Source: Candidatus Latescibacterota bacterium
Lineage (GTDB): Bacteria; Latescibacterota; UBA2968; SICM01
Length of the DNA stretch: 64,000 bases
Direction: 5' to 3'
Assembly: GCA_965217865.1 (NCBI GenBank)
Contig: CBDCJO010000001.1
Span: forward strand, 32,001-96,000
The number at the start of each line of letters is the position of its first letter. Position 1 is the first letter of the stretch. Shown here in pieces: positions 60,013 to 64,000 of the stretch. The notes under the pieces are model-generated. The model worked only from the letters and a program-made list of their open reading frames with translations, was not told the origin of the DNA and did not search any database. A program made the position numbers and the translations under genes.

Positions 60013-60996
60013 ATGGAACAGCGTCCCCTGGGCCGGACCAATCTCACCCTTAGCGCCATCGGACTCGGATGCGTCACATTCGGCCGTGAAATTGACGAAG
60101 AGTCGTCCTACCGCGTCCTCGATTACGCCCTCAAAAAGGGGATTACGTGGTTCGATACAGCCGAGGCCTACGGAGGCGGAAACGCCCGGAAATATCGCAA
60201 GGAACAACTCGGCGTTGAGGACATCCGCGAAACCTCCGGGGAGATGGGGTCTTCGGAATGCATCCTGGGAAGATGGATCCGGTCGCGCGGATGTCGTGGG
60301 GACATCACCATCTGTACCAAGGTGAGTTCGGGAAACAGCCCCGAGAACATTCGAAAGGCCATGGCCGCCAGCCTCGAACGACTGGGTGGCGAGGCAATCG
60401 ATATATATGAGCTGCATTCCTGGGACCCGGATGTGCCGATCGCTGAGAGTTTGGACGTCCTGACCGAGGAGGTGAAATCGGGTCATATCCAGGTAATCGG
60501 ATGCAGCAATTTATCAGGGACGCAGCTCCAGGAGGCCATTGATGCCTGTGCTGCAAACGGATACAGCCGGATCGAAGTCGTGCAACCCCCCTACAGCCTG
60601 GCCGCCCCCGGAGCCGAAGAAGATCTTTTTCCGTTGTGCCGGAAAGAGCGAATTGGCGTCACAACCTACAGCCCCCTTGCAGCCGGATTTCTCACCGGGA
60701 AATACACACCCGACCGATCGAGCTTTCCCGAAGGGTCCCGATTCAACATAATCCCTGCCCACGCCGACATCTATTTTTCGGATCGAAATTTCCGGCTGGT
60801 GGAACAGCTGCGCGATAAAGCCGATGAGCTCGGTCTCCCCCCGGTCCGGTTGGCGATGGCCTGGGCGATTTCTCATCCCGACGTGACATCGGTCTTAGTC
60901 GGCGCGCGTAAAACGGAGCACATCGACAATGCCTTGGCCGCCTTCGAGATGAAGCTCGATCCGGACTTGCGTGAACAAATGTCATCCTGGGAATAA
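60013..60996 (+). CDS. Aldo/keto reductase
   Basis: LG.T.L.LS.IGLG, FDTAEAYG, SLERL....ID.Y.LH, YSPLAAG.LTGKY. Confidence 0.93.
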   Translation: MEQRPLGRTNLTLSAIGLGCVTFGREIDEESSYRVLDYALKKGITWFDTAEAYGGGNARKYRKEQLGVEDIRETSGEMGSSECILGRWIRSRGCRGDITICTKVSSGNSPENIRKAMAASLERLGGEAIDIYELHSWDPDVPIAESLDVLTEEVKSGHIQVIGCSNLSGTQLQEAIDACAANGYSRIEVVQPPYSLAAPGAEEDLFPLCRKERIGVTTYSPLAAGFLTGKYTPDRSSFPEGSRFNIIPAHADIYFSDRNFRLVEQLRDKADELGLPPVRLAMAWAISHPDVTSVLVGARKTEHIDNALAAFEMKLDPDLREQMSSWE

Positions 60997-61124
60997 AAAC
61001 CAGCCACGGGTTCCTCGTCAAAAGTCACGAGTCTGTAGCCTGATTGGCTTTTTGCTTTGCCTTGCGACTCCGGACCGTTGACTCGTGACCCGGATCTTTT
61101 TGATTTTGACTGACTTGGGAGCTT

Positions 61125-62051
61125 ATGGCTACGCTCGGTGTGGGGACTGTTCAATTCGGCATGAATTACGGGATATCCAACACTGTTGGTCAGACGACGG
61201 AAGAGGAAGTCGCGAAAATTCTGAGGATCGCCAATTCGGACGGGATTCAGGTAATCGATACGGCTCACTTTTACGGGGAAAGCGAGAAAGTCCTCGGAAA
61301 GGTGTTGGCCACCATGAAGCCTCATAGATTTCGGCTGATCACAAAAACGTACCCCCTTAAGAAATCCCGCATCTCGAAGAGCGATGCGCAACGTGTGACA
61401 ACAGCCTTCAACGATTCACTTCAAAAACTGGGGTTGGCCCGAGCGGACGGATTGCTCCTGCACAGAGTGGATGACCTTCTCGCACCGGGGGGAGATCACC
61501 TTTATTCCGAAATGGTATCCCTGAAACAGAGGGGCCATGTGAAAAAGATTGGGGCTTCCTTTTACACTCCGGATGAGGTGGACCATCTTCTCGGGCGTTT
61601 CGAGATCGATCTGGTTCAGGTTCCCGTAAATATCCTGAACCAGGCCTTTATTCGGCGCGGTCACCTGAAAAAGCTCAAGGAAAGGGGAATCGAGATTCAT
61701 GTCAGGTCCGCATTCGTCCAAGGATTGATCTGTATACCCCCTGACGAGCTGCCTCAATATTTCTCTCCGATCAAGTCCGAATTGATCCGGCTGGGTCAAT
61801 TCTTGAGAGCGCACGACCTCTCCATCGTTCAGGGGGCATTGTGCTTTTTGAACCAACAACCCGAAATCGACGTGATTGTGTTGGGCTTAAACAATTCGGA
61901 GCAACTGCAAAATAACCTCAGGGATCTGGAAAAGGTCGAGGGCATGAGCCTGGATTTCTCTTCGTTTTCAGTTGAAGACGAAAAGATGATCAGTCCCGTG
62001 AAGTGGCCTTCTGGGTTCCAGACACACATTCGGGATATGAAGCCTCGATGA
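61125..62051 (+). CDS. Aldo/keto reductase (type often seen in nonulosonic-acid clusters)
   Basis: LGVGTVQFGMNYGISN, IDTAHFYGESE, KIGASFY, QVP.N, EIHVRSAF.QG. Confidence 0.88.
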   Translation: MATLGVGTVQFGMNYGISNTVGQTTEEEVAKILRIANSDGIQVIDTAHFYGESEKVLGKVLATMKPHRFRLITKTYPLKKSRISKSDAQRVTTAFNDSLQKLGLARADGLLLHRVDDLLAPGGDHLYSEMVSLKQRGHVKKIGASFYTPDEVDHLLGRFEIDLVQVPVNILNQAFIRRGHLKKLKERGIEIHVRSAFVQGLICIPPDELPQYFSPIKSELIRLGQFLRAHDLSIVQGALCFLNQQPEIDVIVLGLNNSEQLQNNLRDLEKVEGMSLDFSSFSVEDEKMISPVKWPSGFQTHIRDMKPR

Positions 62052-63172
62052 AGATCGATTCCCACGTGTATTGTTTTGAGCCTGTGGACAGCAAAGCCGG
62101 ACATCCCAGCATAGAAGAACACATCCGGTGGGTACAGGCGGCGCACGCGGGACATCACCAGCCAGCGTGGCGGATTCTCGATCGGGAGGGTGGTCCGTCC
62201 AGGGTCCTCGCCCCCGAAGGAAAATCCGCCCTTTCCAGCCTTCCCAATCTCCATTTTCGCGTGGATCGTGAGAGAGGCCGGGTGGTCTGGACATACGATG
62301 GTGCGGACTATACGAAACAGTTTTTTCCACCGAACCTGCGAAACCTCGAGTTCACACCCAACAACCTGATCGCAGAAATGGATTACGCGGGCGTGGACCT
62401 GGCCCTTCTCCACACGGATCCAATGGTGGTTCGGGACAGCAGTTTTCTATCGGAATGCGTGAAACGCTATCCCAAGCGCCTTCGAGCCATGGCGCCGGTT
62501 GACGAATGGCGTATCCCTGACGAGCCCGACGCCGTGATTCGGGAGCTCACCAACGCGATCGAGGACCATCGGTTGCACGCCGTCAAGTTCATCCCGCCTC
62601 ACGCGTACCTGGCCGGTCCTGATCCGTGGGATGACGGACCCTATCGGCCATTCTGGGAGGCCGTCGCCTACCTCGATATTCCTGTTTTTTTCACATTGGG
62701 AACAGGTCCCGGTATCGCACCCGCTTTCGACGAACAGCAGGGATATCTTGATGAGCTTCATATCCTGGCACGCTGGATGGAACGTTATCCAGATACCATC
62801 TGTTCCCTCACCCACGGGTTTCCATGGCGCACCTTCCTGGACGGGGACCGGGTAGGGTTGCCTGAGGCCATCTGGGAGCCTTTTCAGAATTCGAACTGTC
62901 ACCTTGAGGTCTGCTTCCCTGTTCGGCTGGGCGATCTCTTCGATTTTCCATACCGTGAGATCTGGTCCACACTCGAAGAGATGGTCGAACGGATCGGAGC
63001 CAGCAAACTCTTGTGGGGTACGGACATGCCGTTCCAAAATCGTTTTTGCACTTACCGGCAGTCTCGGAAATGGATAGAGGAATACTGTGAATTTCTAAGC
63101 TCGGAAGATCTTGCTGAAATAATGGGAGGAACCGCAGCGCGTATACTCGATCTGAATCCATCCCCGGGATAG
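62048..63172 (+). CDS. Amidohydrolase family protein
   Basis: IDSHVY, EMD.AGVD.A, LLWGTDMP, IMGGTA.R; ATGA overlap with the upstream stop. Confidence 0.88.
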   Translation: MKIDSHVYCFEPVDSKAGHPSIEEHIRWVQAAHAGHHQPAWRILDREGGPSRVLAPEGKSALSSLPNLHFRVDRERGRVVWTYDGADYTKQFFPPNLRNLEFTPNNLIAEMDYAGVDLALLHTDPMVVRDSSFLSECVKRYPKRLRAMAPVDEWRIPDEPDAVIRELTNAIEDHRLHAVKFIPPHAYLAGPDPWDDGPYRPFWEAVAYLDIPVFFTLGTGPGIAPAFDEQQGYLDELHILARWMERYPDTICSLTHGFPWRTFLDGDRVGLPEAIWEPFQNSNCHLEVCFPVRLGDLFDFPYREIWSTLEEMVERIGASKLLWGTDMPFQNRFCTYRQSRKWIEEYCEFLSSEDLAEIMGGTAARILDLNPSPG

Positions 63173-63269
63173 GCGATCGGAACGGAATTTGCAAATCGGC
63201 AACCCAATTTCTTGAAAATAAATCCCAGCAGCAACCAGTATAAGAACCCAACGGAAAGGGGTTCCCCTC

Positions 63270-64000
63270 TTGAAAATCGACCGCGTCGAAGTCATCAACC
63301 TGATTTACGAGTATCCGGAGGCAGACCGATTCCAGTACTCCGCAGGGGAGTGCACCGCCCGCCTGACCTCCCTGGTGCTTGTCCATACCGACGCCGGACA
63401 GGTGGGGATCGGGTCCTGCTATTCCCACCCCGGCCTTGTCTACCTGATCGTCCGGGACCAGCTGGATCCGCTTCTTCGCGGGGAAGATCCTTCCGATGTC
63501 GAGGGTCTCTGGGAGAAGATGTACCTCCTGACAAGATGGTATGGAAGAAAGGGAGCTGCCGTGTCCGCCATCGGAGGCGTGGATACCGCCCTTTGGGATC
63601 TGAGAGGAAAAACACAGGGCAAACCCGTGTGGGCAGTGTTGGGGGGTGATCATAGCACCTGCCCGGCGTACGCCAGCGCCTTGCTCTGGGACAAGATGGA
63701 TCGCCTGGCAGAAGAAGCAGCCTCCTATGTCGAGAACGGGTTTCGTCGGATGAAGATGCGGCTGGGTCAAAACGAATATTATGACAAGGAGGCGGTTCAA
63801 ACCGTGCGAAAGGCGATCGGACCCGATATCGAACTGATGGTGGATGCATCGATGCGATATCACCTGAACCATGCCCGTCGTATGGATGCTTTCTTTGCGG
63901 AACAGAATGTCTTCTGGTTTGAAGAACCATTTGCGCCGGAGGATATCGATTCATACGTAGCCCTTCGCGAAACCTCGGACATTCCCATAGCCGCTGGAGA
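63270..64000 (+). CDS. Mandelate racemase/muconate lactonizing enzyme family (enolase superfamily), runs off window
   Basis: Hand translation from TTG 63270: MKIDRVEV...HTDAGQVGIG...AIGGVDTALWDLRGK..GKPV...LGG...KMR...LMVDA...WFEEP...IPIAAG. Confidence 0.9.
   Translation, partial: MKIDRVEVINLIYEYPEADRFQYSAGECTARLTSLVLVHTDAGQVGIGSCYSHPGLVYLIVRDQLDPLLRGEDPSDVEGLWEKMYLLTRWYGRKGAAVSAIGGVDTALWDLRGKTQGKPVWAVLGGDHSTCPAYASALLWDKMDRLAEEAASYVENGFRRMKMRLGQNEYYDKEAVQTVRKAIGPDIELMVDASMRYHLNHARRMDAFFAEQNVFWFEEPFAPEDIDSYVALRETSDIPIAAG

Noticed and set aside
62808-63954. Long minus-strand ORFs (354 aa, 219 aa) and similar antisense ORFs across the window
   Set aside because: They are shadows of well-supported genes on the opposite strand in GC-rich DNA and carry no motifs.

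Overview
A 64-kb bacterial chromosomal window. The host is probably FCB-group and plausibly Latescibacterota-like; this is inferred from a PorXY-like two-component system, a Bacteroidota/Chlorobi-type AtpB N-terminus and an 'FDGDxxVDFxDFFLF' dockerin-like tail. The left half (minus strand) holds a complex I operon nuoA-CD-E-F-G-H-J-K-L-M-N that lacks nuoB and nuoI and runs into atpZ-atpI-atpB. It also holds uxaE, tsaE, porX/porY-like genes, dnaG, an intact IS1595, ispG, a broken multi-cohesin/dockerin gene, mutS2, cvpA and rpsU. The middle has two tRNAs, a zinc-ribbon gene, RNase P RNA, pyrF, a cyclophilin and HU. The right half (plus strand) has accessory and catabolic genes, two near-identical IS1380 copies at CTAG-core palindromes, a perfect (TCGTGAT)32 array, and an NhaP-cNMP antiporter gene destroyed by nested insertions. 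The most striking unexplained signal is a set of degenerate heptamer arrays at many gene junctions. A purine-rich arm starts at or inside the stop codon and a complementary arm lies before the next start codon. Several heptamer families are used, and some spacers share non-repeat cores. All calls were made by eye, with no database searches.
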